The notes under the pieces: model-generated | Databases searched by the model: none | The model's input: the letters and a program-made list of their open reading frames with translations, nothing else | Told to the model about the DNA's origin: nothing | Shown here: positions 44,201-53,034 of the stretch, in pieces | Layout: each line of letters starts with the position of its first letter | How positions within the stretch are numbered: position 1 is the stretch's first letter | Program-made: the position numbers and the translations under genes | NCBI RefSeq assembly: GCF_001194135.2 | Contig: NC_068983.1 | Location: 72,876,203-72,940,202 of the forward strand | Source of the DNA: Octopus bimaculoides | Taxonomy: Eukaryota | DNA length: 64,000 bases | Direction: 5' to 3'

Positions 44201-46987
44201 AGGAATAACAGGTTTTGCTAAAATAGCACAACAAAACCCCATGGAATCCAGGGTCTTAAATATAAAAACATTATAGTCAGCACTGGTGATGATGCCATGT
44301 AAAAAGCACCCAATACTTTCTATAAAATAGTTGACATTTGGAAGGGTATCCAGCTATAGAAACCAAGCCAAAAGAGATTATGGAACCTGGTGCTACCCCT
44401 GGTCTTGCCTTGAAAAGCAGACATTAAATGATGACGACGATGATTTGTTTTTTTGCATGAAGAAATCAGTAAATTCTCAATAATGTGGCGCACCTGAGCA
44501 CTGAATACAATAAGCTTTTCATCCTTTCGCGGTTGATAGAATAAGTACCAACTGAGCACTGGGATTAATATAATCAACTCACTCCCTCTCCCAAAATTGC
44601 TGGCATTGTACCAAAATTTGAAACCACTATTATCATTGTTATTAAGGTAGTGCACTTGTCATTAGAATGTCGTAAAAAAAACTTTGTTATTTGTGCCAGT
44701 TCTTTAATTCTGACTTCAAACTCTGTTGAGGTTAATTTGGTTTTCATCCTTTCAGGATCAATAAAATAAAGTACTATTCACATGCAAAGGTTGATATAAT
44801 CAACTTACTCTCTAAAATTGCTGGCCTTGTGCCAAAATTAGAACGGATTGTTATTGTTATTATTATTCAGTCAATGAACTGACAGAATCTTTAAGCATGC
44901 TGGGCAAAATGTTTGGCAGTATTTCTTCTGGATTTATGTTATAAGTTCAAATACTACTATATCAGCAACCAGCTTGTGCTCATTTGCAGCTGAGTGAAAC
45001 AAGCCACATGAAATGAAATGTTTTACTCATAGACACAAGTCCAGGAAGTGAACCCATGATCTTACAATTATGAATTGAACATCCTAACCATTAGGCCATA
45101 TACCTTCACAACTGTTAACTGTAAATACAAACAGCTCTAACTGCAACCAAGACATGTAATAACTGACAACTGTTTTGATAGATTGCTGCACTGAGTTCAG
45201 ATCAGCCCATGAGTAAAACTAGAATAGCTTAGGCTGATGAAAGAAACTCTGCATGATCACTTAATCTGGTTGAAGTAACAGTCACATTTCCACATCCTGC
45301 TATCTTTAAAAAATAAATAGTAGATAATGTAATCCAAGATCGACTATTCCTAGAAAGAAAATAGGATTGTTAGGTTAGCACCTATGACAATTTTAAAGGC
45401 TTTTGAGATTGGTGGAGGAATGTAGATGTTACCCTCACAATGGGGACCTGATTTGAATCCTTGTGCCCAAGAACCAGATAGTTTAACATTAGCTGTTAAA
45501 CCACCTGGTCCTTGAGTACAGGGATTCAAGCAAGGTTTCTGATTAAGTTTACCACCTAGGATAATCAAGGTACCATAGATTTACATGACAGTAGCTTACT
45601 TTGGGCTAAGATCAATAACCATTTCATATGCTGAGGAAGAAAGGAGAGAAAGAGTGGTTAAAATCTTTCAACTATTTGATTTTATGGAAACTGGGATAAG
45701 CTCAACACATCATGATAATATATTAGTAGTGGTTCAAAACAGGATTTTTTTTTCAAATAATCATTTACATATTTACTATTAAATATAGGATAGTCTATCA
45801 TTATTATCATCTTCATTTAACATCCATTTTCTATGCTAGCATGGGTTGGATGGTTTAACAGGAGATGGCAAGATGGAGAGCTACACCAGGCTCCAATTGT
45901 CTGTTTTGACATGGTTTCTAGTCGGTTATCCTTCCTAACACCAACCACTTTACAGAGTGTACTGGGTGCTTTATACATGGCACCAGCATAAAAAAAAAAA
46001 GAGTTTCTGATATTCAGACCTATTTCCATTCATCTTAACTTCAATTTTCCTTATTTTTTACAATCAAATGGAGTGAATTAAACTTGTAACAAGCTATTTC
46101 CTCAACTGTTTTACATGAAAATGTTTTTAAAATAACTGATTTTTTTCTTCAATATTTTACAGAATAACCAAATTGCTGAACTGGAGAAGAAAATCGAGGA
46201 ACTAAAGAGGTTAAATATTTATTTTCTATTTAATTTATATAATCTTACTCTTGTGATAAATTTATTTAGTTAAATTTATACTTGTTTCTCTTTAACATTT
46301 AAATGATTGTCAAATGTAATGTTTATTTATTTACATTACTTTGAATTAATCATACATTATCTCGTAGTTTTGAGATTTTCATAATGTGATTGTTTATTTT
46401 TAACATGGCATTGTAGGGTTCGTGTGAGAGGCCAAATCTAGCCAGTTTGAACATAAAACAGGTAGAATATTTCGATCTGATATGTCTGGTTTAGCCCTTT
46501 AGTATTAAGATTACTCAGTTAAATGTAATGCTTAATTACATTGTTTATTTTTAGAATACCATTTTAGGGTAGGTATGTGAGATAGGATCTGAAACAGAAT
46601 GCTTGCAGCTGGGTATAGTCAGTTTCAATAGTTAAATGCTAAAGGGTTAAGCCAGTTTTGTGCGTCAAACTTATCACTACATATTTTAAAATTTTGGTTC
46701 TAATTTCTCTCTGAATGAACATACATCATTATTTAACATCACTTTTCATGCTAGCATCTGAAATTAATGTATACTTTAAGTAAGCAGTATTCATGAAAGA
46801 GAGTGTTAGCTGCAGTATTTATCAGTAAGCCCATCACTTAAAAAAAAATTTTAAATACATAATATATAACAGAAAACAGAACTGTATTTTTGTAATTGAT
46901 AGGTATAGTTGAGTATGTGTGTAACAGAGTGTTTCAATGAATATAAACTTCCAAATTCAGTGTGTTTTGTAATGCATAATGATACTG

Positions 46988-47025
<38 letters not shown>

Positions 47026-50000
47026 CCAAGGAACCCTACTTCCATTCTGAGTAACTATATGTTACTGTAAATACACTTATATTAAATATTTGTTAACTTG
47101 TATAACTCCACCTAGGTCCTAAGTGAACATGTCTGTTTTTAAAGGCTATCCAACTTTGATATCCTGTATTTCTTTTCAAGAATCGTGTATCTGGAGTCAC
47201 ATTAATGTGCCTTTGCATGTATCTGTGTGATTAAAATGATAGGGAAATTTAGCCGCTGTTTCTAGCAAGTTGAATGACCATGTATCTTCTTTGTTGGCTA
47301 GGAAGCTCTGTTATCGCATCAAACAAAAGGCCATAATTACCTATATGTATGTAAAAAGCCATCAAGTAACCTCAACGTTTTAATATAGTGTAGATACTAA
47401 TGTCTTACAAAATGACTCAAAAGTCCCTCTTAGCATTAATATAAACAAGTTAACAAACTAAGTCAATTGAGGTCATTTGAACTTCTTTTGTATGTATTCT
47501 GCTCTCTGTTCCACCCTCATACTTTACACCTTCTCACTATACCCTTTACCCACCTCCATACTGCATTCATTAACCCCAACCAATTAAACTGTATTACTGT
47601 TTTATTGTGCTAGTTTTGGGACAATGAATACTCTCTCACATTTTGATGATGGTATTTCTCTAAAATATTTTTTTTTTAAATACATAAATGTGTCACTTTC
47701 TAACCACATGAATTTGATTCAATCCAACTGCATGGTATCTTAAGCAAGTGCCTTCTACTATAGCCCCTGACTGATCAAAGCTTTGTAAATAAATTTGGTA
47801 GAAAGAAGTTCATAGTATGTATGTATATTATGTAATGTAGCACAGCACAACATAATGTAATGTGATGTGTGTTTGTGTCTCTGTCTTTACATCATGTGAT
47901 AGTTGTAAGAGAGTATTGCTATCATTGATTTTTCAGTCTTCTGTAAAAATGTTTGGCTGAGGGAAAAATAACATCTTGCTTGGAAACAAGTATGGATTGG
48001 TGGCAGGAAGAGCATTTGGCCAAAGAAAATCTGCTTCTATGATTTCCATCTGATCCATACAAGCATGGAAAAGTAGATGTTAAACTTTGTTGTTGTTGGC
48101 ACTCCGTCGCTTACGACGTCGAGGGTTCCAGTTAATCTGATCAACTGCACGGCCTGCTCGTGAAATTAACGTGCAAGTGGCTGAGCACTCCACAGACACA
48201 TGTACCCTTAATGTAGTTCTCGGGGATATTCAGCGTGACACAGCTGACCCTTTGAATTACAGGCACAACAGAAAGTAAGAGTGAGAGAAAGTTGTGGTGG
48301 AAGAGTACACCAGGGTTCCCCACCATCCCCTGCCAGAGCCTCGTGGAGATTTAGGTGTTTTCGCTCAATAAACACTCACAACACCCGGTCTGGGAATCGA
48401 AACCGCGATCCTATGACCCCGAGTCCGCTGCCCTAACCACTGGGCCATTGCGCCTCCACTGATGTTAAACTTACATACATATACATATATATATATATAT
48501 ATAATTTACAAGATTCAATATGTTCTAAACATTCAAAAGGAACAGTAACTGCTTCAGTGTCACTGGTCAAGAAAAGCCTGCAAAGATCATGAACTCTTCT
48601 CCTATCTTCAAACGCAGCTTGTTATATATATATATATATACATACACACACACACAAATATATATAAATACACAACAAAATAACAAAAAGTGTATTAAAA
48701 ATATGACAAAACCATAAAAATAAAAGTTTTATAGCTCATGTAAATGCTAGAAAGACTTCTAAATCATCCTGTACATTTTCTCATTGTCTGTGTTATTTTA
48801 GTTACTGTAATTCGTCAGATCTTCTTTAGATGCAAATTCTCAGATACTTTGGTGAAAAACAAGCTGCTATGTAAATAATTTAAATATTAATTTCATTTAA
48901 CAATCACAAATTTTCCAGCCTTCTTTCCTGAAAGGAAGACAAATGTTTATACGTTTCAGCTTCATTACACAGCTTCACTCAAATTTATTTTTCTTTGTTC
49001 TTAATGTATTTATCTGAAACTATTTCAGAGAAATTGATAAAAGCAGTTGTATCTTTCCTACAAAATACCAACCACTCAAGGCACCAGGTAACTTTTCTAA
49101 TTTTATTTCTTCTATGTTTCTCCCAATATTACTAACTTAACAATTATATTTGCCATTCAGTAAATTGAATTTGTGGCTGAATTGTAGCATTCATGCCTCT
49201 CACAATGGTATTAACTAATCTAGTGAAAAGACTCCAACATCACATTTCTTTTCCCAAGAAGATTATTATTATCATTTGTGTTAGTTTACAGAATTCATCA
49301 TCATCACCATCATTTAACATCCATTTACCAAGCTGGTATAGGTAGGATGGCTTGACAGAACTGGCAAGCTGCAAGGTTGCGTTGAGTGAGCTCCAATGAA
49401 ATATGAACGAATATATCAAAGCAATGGTATGCATTGGGATTTCTGATACAGCCTTGTTATACAATCTACCCACAACCATCCAGTTGATTTTTTTAATCTT
49501 GGAATGTGACAGTTAAGTGAATTGCCAGGAGACTAATCTATTTGCAGAAGAACTCTTTTTTTTTTCTTTTACTTGTTTCAGTCATTTGACTGCGGCCATG
49601 CTGGAGCACCGCCTTTAGTCGAGCAAATCGACCCCGGGACTTATTCTTTGTAAGCCTAGTACTTATTCTATCGGTCTCTTTTGCCGAACTGCGCTAAGTG
49701 ACGGGGGACATAAACACACCAGCATCGGTTGTCAAGCAATGCTAGGGGGACAAACACAGACACATATACACATATATATACATATATACGATGGGCTTCT
49801 TTCAGTTTCCGTCTACCAAATCCACTCACAAGGCTTTGGTCGGCCCGAGGCTATAGTAGAAGACACTTGCCCAAGATGCCATGCAGTGGGACTAAACCCG
49901 GAACCATGTGGTTGGTAAGCAAGCTACTTACCACACAGCCACTACTGCACCTATTCATAATTTCATTAGTACAGTACAAGGACCTATTTCCCTTCCCTAC

Positions 50001-50698
50001 CCCAAAACATCACGTCTTGGTGATTCTCCTCAGAATTAAAATAACAATTAATTTTTAAAGTTTACACAGTAGCAACTGTATATGCTAAGATCCCTGTCAC
50101 ACTTTCAAACTTAGAAATGGATTTAAAGAGCTGAACATCTTTAATCAACTTTGTGTTTTCTAACGACAATCAAAAAGCTCAAGCTAGTTATCAGAATCTC
50201 CTGGAATAGACTTAATTTTCTATGGTCAGCACATCATCATTGATGATGATGATATACTGTCCATTGAAAATTATATATGTAGATTACTGTTTAGTTGGAT
50301 TGTCTAACAATTTCAAAATTATTGGCAACAAATAGTAAAGTGCCTACTTTCTTTATAATATGAGATTCTAACATAGGTACAATGCTACAAATTTGGAGGG
50401 GAGGGAAAAGTACTCCAGTACTTAATTCATTTTATCAACCCTGAAAAGATTAAAAGACACAGCATTATTTATAGTAATATTTAATGAATAAATCATTTAA
50501 TATAATGAATAAATGTGTCTTATTGTTTATCTGTAACTTATTTCAGTCATTGAACTGCAGCTATCCTGGGGCCTTGAAGGGTTTTAGTCAATCAAATGAA
50601 TCCCAATACTCTTTTTTTTTTTTTTGTAAGCCTGGTACTTATTTTATCAGTCTTTTTTGCTGAACCACTAAGTTACATGAACATAAACAAAAAGACAG

Positions 50699-50737
<39 letters not shown>

Positions 50738-51882
50738 AATATTTTTGATTATTCTTTTTAAAGCCAAAACAATGCCAGTTATAAAAATAATGTCAATGGT
50801 TTTACCAAGTATTTCAGGGTTAAGACCCCTTCTTCAGGAAATCTTTGGAGAAAAGGTGTTGTTAGATGGTTTCTCTCTCTTTCACTGCATGAAATGTGTT
50901 AATACAAACTTACTGTAATACTACTTAATGGTAGGAAGGAAAACAAAAACAAACAATATCAATTCAGTAACTACTTTATATTTTTCAGAAATCATCAATG
51001 TAATCCATGTTATCCCATCAGGGATATCAATTAAAAAGACCTTTCTTTTGGATCATGGCCGGTTACATATGGAATCTGTGAAACAGTCTTTTGGTTTGAA
51101 TACCATTGAGCTTTACATTGGTGAGAAATCTTTCCTCATCATATTTTGAGAATACAATAAAGTAATAACATTAATTTAATCTATTGTAATTGTAATGTGG
51201 ATATTGATTAACTTTTTTCCTATTTAACTCAGTTCATTGTAATCGTATTTTTACAAGTATAACAAAGATCTCCTGGGTTTTTAACTTGCATTTATTTTAT
51301 CATTAACATCATGATCCCTGTACTATAAGCATGTGGCTCAAGTGTGTATCAAGGTTATGTTGGTTCAGTACTAAAACACTTATCTACTATTTCCCTTAGA
51401 TGGGTTAATCACTACCACATTGAGCTAGAAATTTGTTACAAGTAGTATTCTATGAGAGACAGGTTGTTGTAGGGAAGGGAAAAGAAAGAGCCCTAAAGAT
51501 TCTGGCAAATGTGTAGATTTGTCTGCACTACCCAACCCATAATCTGCATAGCAAAAGTGATCTAATTGGTGTAAATGTATTGTTAAAGCTCACTCTCATT
51601 AACACACATTATATCACCAGTTTTCTTTTCTTTTTTTCAGATGGTGTTCCTGTTATTGTCAGTGCTAACATTGATGGCTATATTCCACTGAAATTCGACC
51701 CCAATTCTACACTGTTCATTAGTGGTATCACATCTCCAGCTCAGGAGGATAGTGTATCAATATCATCATTAGCATCATCTGCTGTCTTACCTCAGAGCCC
51801 AATTAATGAGAGTAAACCTATTACAGACTTAACAGTTACTGGGGCTCTGACTTCCATCAAAGGGAAAGCCACATCATGTTAG
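1..51882 (+). CDS. WDCP: WD repeat and coiled-coil-containing protein (WDCP/C2orf44 ortholog), 5'-partial, 14 coding exons in window (~661 aa)
   Basis: Exons 1-102, 12775-12889, 13323-13395, 15812-15879, 21330-21442, 28069-28166, 29501-29623, 31605-31703, 32541-32730, 41601-42127, 46163-46209, 49029-49087, 50989-51120 and 51641-51882 all have GT-AG boundaries and compatible phases, giving one ORF. Motifs match recalled human WDCP in the same order: ALPQGCLWNP~ILPQGCVWHP; GKISCGAWSEDGLKLVVCVG~GRIHCACWTQDGLRLVVAVG; IKGINTPDLLHF~IPGILVPDLIAF; HSRPKGVC~TERPKGIC; KTFLLDHGRLHMESVKQSFGLNTIEL~[39 protein letters not shown]~LSADSEGFIPLTF. Confidence 0.92.
378..452 (+). CDS. Candidate alternative cassette exon of WDCP (25 codons, GENEGSSAVVAFLLKGSPMTTDFQL)
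   Basis: Acceptor ctctttatcAG at 376-377 and donor GTTAGT at 453. It is 75 bp, phase 1/1 and stop-free, but has no counterpart in the recalled vertebrate protein. Confidence 0.45.
703..1005 (-). mobile_element. tRNA-derived SINE family A (CORE-like accttgggcaagt motif), degenerate
   Basis: Reverse-strand match to the intact copy at 23951-24323. Confidence 0.75.
1230..1626 (+). mobile_element. SINE family A
   Basis: tRNA-like head (ggttcagtcccactgc), internal (TG)n, tail ...atgactgaaa...gtaaaaga. Confidence 0.8.
2607..2958 (+). mobile_element. SINE family A, 5'-truncated; assembly gap in its internal (TA)n
   Basis: Core and tail match the family. Confidence 0.75.
4240..4940 (+). mobile_element. 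Three head-to-tail SINE family B copies separated by (TAT)n
   Basis: Repeated gagctggcagaat...ttagc...ctgagttcaaa...ccttgtgcc units. Confidence 0.8.
7218..7510 (+). mobile_element. Degraded CR1/L2-like LINE 3' fragment
   Basis: LLESFPAHVFSKSIDLQQFELN resembles the recalled LWNSLPxxVFPxxxDLxxFKxxVN terminus of CR1-group RT ORFs. Confidence 0.45.
7800..8120 (+). mobile_element. Degraded RTE-like reverse transcriptase fragment
   Basis: EKIQKFCHLG and CLEVVDSLYYL resemble the LEVVDxFxYLG motif; the frame is broken. Confidence 0.35.
11856..12284 (-). mobile_element. RTE-type LINE 3' end or RTE-tailed SINE, with assembly gap
   Basis: (GAT)n tail on the minus strand: ...gcatggaaagcggacgttaaacgatgatg; inserted in (TA)n. 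Confidence 0.8.
12775..12889 (+). CDS. WDCP: WDCP exon: GCLWNPHRELLCILSREQIRFFYRHGKIRGVYSIPPLE
   Basis: Pyrimidine tract plus AG, donor GTAAAT, phase 1/2; WD40-type CxWxP motif. Confidence 0.92.
13323..13395 (+). CDS. WDCP: WDCP exon: SGKISCGAWSEDGLKLVVCVGSAIL
   Basis: ttttaacAG acceptor, GTAAGT donor, phase 2/0. Confidence 0.93.
14190..14557 (+). mobile_element. SINE family A
   Basis: Head, core and tail match the family; further copies at ~15293-15600 and ~15993-16140. Confidence 0.75.
15812..15879 (+). CDS. WDCP: WDCP exon: IYNWRSIDGVISEFDTNVWKIP(E)
   Basis: tttttcAG acceptor, GTAAGT donor, phase 0/2. Confidence 0.9.
16207..16290. repeat. (TA)n microsatellite
   Basis: Long pure TA run; one of many TA/CA/CT/AAT/CAT microsatellites in the window. 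Confidence 0.95.
16314..16918 (-). mobile_element. 5'-truncated RTE-type LINE 3' region with ~63-bp internal tandem repeats
   Basis: Minus strand carries degenerate sequence resembling the RTE ORF C-terminus (GRPxxTWDEVV-like), then 3 tandem units, then a (GAT)n tail. Confidence 0.75.
16919..17320 (-). mobile_element. Non-LTR retrotransposon AP-endonuclease fragment (CR1/L2/Jockey-like)
   Basis: ORF 16873-17316 (-): ...IALVETHL...YAILRTDR...GSAVYI...IVICNTYGPP, typical apurinic endonuclease motifs. Confidence 0.85.
17534..17700 (+). mobile_element. SINE family A, 5' half
   Basis: aggcataggagtggctgtgtg ... gaaactgaaagaagccc. Confidence 0.8.
17703..18110 (-). mobile_element. SINE family A, full length, low divergence
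   Basis: Reverse complement of the 23951-24323 type sequence. Confidence 0.9.
18820..20264. mobile_element. TIR-bounded DNA transposon remnant carrying a degraded transposase N-terminus (Chapaev3-like)
   Basis: Perfect 23-bp inverted repeat tagttaaactgattcacaaaatc, plus a subterminal inverted match ttttagccaat. Region 19826-19980 (+) encodes frameshifted MPKNCINIANNFCYICG... and CYVHYFDCKVGDQDK, recalled as typical of Chapaev3-like transposases. Confidence 0.65.
20703..21010 (-). mobile_element. RTE-type 3' fragment
   Basis: Near-identical to the 11856, 62370 and 63826 copies; degenerate copies at ~3239, 25120, 27335, 45815 and 49297. Confidence 0.8.
21330..21442 (+). CDS. WDCP: WDCP exon: ELKGTVTAITSMQENLFACAAEVPLESLCKTKDMFVVP
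   Basis: tttctAG acceptor, GTAAGT donor, phase 2/1; AAEVPLESLC resembles ATELPLDKIC. Confidence 0.92.
21628..22008. repeat. ~380-bp imperfect palindrome (MITE-like or foldback) in a WDCP intron
   Basis: Arms share gcacattcaaactca, tcatggagaaaatttctc and tgtagacaaatggtataaatacacc in inverted orientation. Confidence 0.85.
23951..24323 (+). mobile_element. SINE family A, full length, low divergence
   Basis: gcgcaggagtggctgtgtggtaagtagc ... accttgggcaagtg ... atgactgaaacaagtaaaagagt; older copy at ~23215-23600 and a minus copy at ~24730-25030. Confidence 0.9.
25626..25750. repeat. ~52-bp tandem repeat, about 2.5 units
   Basis: ctctcactattca..cacttctactattcctcatgctttacccct is repeated. Confidence 0.8.
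26071..26510 (+). mobile_element. SINE family A, full length
   Basis: Same structure with an internal TA/TG microsatellite. Confidence 0.9.
28069..28166 (+). CDS. WDCP: WDCP exon (variable linker): EPNKVNSYSNDNEKQMLETTNLNKLMNLKRSSE
   Basis: Strong acceptor ctttctttccatttcAG; donor GTAAAC chosen because phase 1/0 fits the flanking exons. Confidence 0.8.
28260..28740 (+). mobile_element. Two tandem SINE family B copies separated by (TAT/TAC)n
   Basis: Same unit as at 4240-4940; a similar cluster lies at ~44500-44950. Confidence 0.8.
29501..29623 (+). CDS. WDCP: WDCP exon: CDVDNQSQLVVIRVKENMKDPEFLIRTSIKGINTPDLLHFQ
   Basis: tttgcAG acceptor, GTTTGT donor, phase 0/0; conserved G-I-x-x-P-D-L motif. 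Confidence 0.92.
31605..31703 (+). CDS. WDCP: WDCP exon: TLKQVLIIGSNIQTSLQLFNFAKDFKLIKLANV
   Basis: Poly-T tract plus cAG, donor GTAGGT, phase 0/0. Confidence 0.9.
32541..32730 (+). CDS. WDCP: WDCP exon: ELETHSRPKGVCSLPPEFSTNSSNGNMLIMLGKRSETSPSIFSTSTESKYELWLQCFSLDNAQ
   Basis: ctttgtAG acceptor, GTAAGT donor, phase 0/1; RPKG(V/I)C motif. Confidence 0.93.
32773..32979. mobile_element. piggyBac-type MITE
   Basis: TTAA|CCCTTT ... AAAGGG|TTAA; related partial copies at ~583-700, ~9985-10235 and ~36700-36925. Confidence 0.75.
33800..34090 (-). mobile_element. SINE family A, partial
   Basis: Reverse-strand core and head match. Confidence 0.75.
34198..35017. mobile_element. 820-bp non-autonomous TIR DNA transposon with 8-bp TSD and internal telomere-like repeats
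   Basis: Ends GGA(T/C)CTTTGTGATTTGACGGGCAACA are inverted, with imperfect TIRs of about 215 bp. Direct repeat GCTGCCTC at 34190-34197 and 35018-35025. Confidence 0.88.
34530..34612. repeat. Degenerate telomere-like (CCCTAA)n array inside the TIR element
   Basis: taaccctaaccccaaccctaaccctaactctaaaacctgaaccctaactctaaaacccgaaccctaaa. Confidence 0.85.
35246..35437. repeat. ~31-bp minisatellite (C7-9 ACTTCTTGTGCTATCACTTGTCT) with assembly gap
   Basis: At least 4 visible units flanking Ns at 35322-35370. Confidence 0.9.
36432..36665 (+). mobile_element. tRNA-derived SINE family B, well-preserved copy
   Basis: ggcgacgagctggcagaaacgttagc ... gttctgagttcaaattc (B-box-like) ... ggggtcgat; many degenerate copies elsewhere in the window. 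Confidence 0.8.
39196..39415. mobile_element. piggyBac-type MITE (220 bp)
   Basis: TTAA|CCCTTTCGTTAC ... GTAACGAAAGGG|TTAA. Confidence 0.88.
41284..41502. mobile_element. Tc1/mariner-type MITE
   Basis: Inverted ends acgaagtgtgctgaaaagttcct / aggaaccttttagcaccccctcg; shorter copy at ~9517-9650. Confidence 0.75.
41601..42127 (+). CDS. WDCP: WDCP large Ser/Asn-rich linker exon ending at the start of the coiled coil (...HLEDKLQFQ)
   Basis: atttcAG acceptor, GTAAGC donor, phase 1/0; lies within ORF 41504-42187. Confidence 0.88.
42353..43182 (-). mobile_element. RTE-type element (with gap) nested inside a SINE family B copy
   Basis: SINE B breaks at ...cgtccatcttt (42353) and resumes at ctttatgttctgaatttg (~43180). 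The gap 42609-42932 falls in the internal tandem array. Confidence 0.8.
46163..46209 (+). CDS. WDCP: WDCP coiled-coil exon: NNQIAELEKKIEELK(R)
   Basis: ttttacAG acceptor, GTTAAA donor, phase 0/2; heptad pattern. Confidence 0.85.
48088..48460 (-). mobile_element. tRNA-derived SINE family C, full length, 12-bp TSD
   Basis: TSD gatgttaaactt at 48076-48087 and 48461-48472; (CAA)n tail; tRNA-like head agtggaggcgcaatggcccagtggttagggcagcggactc. Confidence 0.9.
49029..49087 (+). CDS. WDCP: WDCP exon: REIDKSSCIFPTKYQPLKAP
   Basis: atttcAG acceptor, GTAACT donor, phase 2/1; resembles KKSSSVYP. Confidence 0.85.
49565..49953 (-). mobile_element. SINE family A, full length
   Basis: Reverse-strand match; partial copy at ~50530-50700. 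Confidence 0.9.
50989..51120 (+). CDS. WDCP: WDCP exon: EIINVIHVIPSGISIKKTFLLDHGRLHMESVKQSFGLNTIELYI
   Basis: tttttcAG acceptor, GTGAGA donor, phase 1/1; conserved C-terminal domain. Confidence 0.93.
51641..51882 (+). CDS. WDCP: WDCP terminal coding exon: [19 protein letters not shown]...GKATSC*
   Basis: Long pyrimidine tract plus cAG; stop TAG at 51880-51882. Confidence 0.93.
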
Positions 51883-52193
51883 CATTTCCAGTGAAAATCT
51901 CTCTTTTCCTGTATGTCTTCATCTTGTAATGACTTTGGGGGAGGCAGCCAGTTTGTACTATTCGGTAAAGAACTTGCTGTGTTATTATTTGTTAGCTACA
52001 ACTGCACAACCTTACAACTAACTGCACAGTTTGCTTAAAATACATTAACATCTATATAATTTCCCCTTCTCAAATACATTGTTATTATATATATATGAGA
52101 ATGTGTATGTATATTTGAACAAATTGATGTATTATGTATTGTTATGGATTTTTTTTTTGTTAATAATGAAAGCACAAAAAAAGAAAAAGCTGT

Positions 52194-52203
52194 AATAAAT
52201 AAA
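52194..52203 (+). terminator. Candidate polyadenylation signal(s) for WDCP (overlapping AATAAA)
   Basis: AATAAATAAA about 310 bp after the stop codon, followed by a T/GT-rich stretch; usage unverified. Confidence 0.45.
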
Positions 52204-53034
52204 TAACATAAAAACAAGCTGTTTTTGTTCCTATTAAATGCCATGTATTACTGCTTATACCATGAGATATGACATCAACATTGTTTAAACATCCACTTTT
52301 CTATGTTTGCATAAGTCAAATAAAACTTGTTGAAACAGATTTTCTATAGATGGATGCTCTTCTTGTCACCAATCCCCACCTGTTTCCAACAAAAGTATTA
52401 TCCCTTGTTCTTCAAACAATGAACAACTCAATGGCTAAACATGTTTTAATAGAAGATTGCAAACAAACAATATCAATTGAGTGAATAAATGTTGAAGCAA
52501 AGAAAAGACACACACATGCATACCATATATGTCCCATCATGCCTGACTACAAATCTTTCCAACTCACTCTCCACAACCGCCTAAAACTATACCTCTGCAC
52601 ACTTCCCTCTCAACCTACTATCAAACTCTCATTACTTATATTCAAGAAAACTCTTATATGGGAGAATTTACGAAAAAAACAACAGACAAAGACAGGTGGT
52701 GTAAACAACAAATGGATGTATTAGTTTAACACTCGGGAATAGAGAATGTCTTTGACGTTTCGAGCTACGCTCTTCAACTGAAAGGAACACAAAGAAATAA
52801 GGAGAAAAACAAGGAATATGTATGTTTACACACACACACATGATGAAAGAAAATAGGGATTAAATAAGCCATGGTGAATACCTCTTTAAGCATTCTCTGG
52901 AAATAGAACTTGTTCAGTTATAACAATCCATGTATCATTATTCTTTTCTTGTGACAGGTACAATTTGTAAATCCATGGTTGAACACCAATTAAATTGGGT
53001 GTATTAATCACAGTATATTAGAAAAAAAGCAAAG

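Noticed and set aside
52724-52790. gacgtttcgagctacgctcttc motif reminiscent of Penelope-like element ends
   Set aside because: Too short to support a call without a database search.
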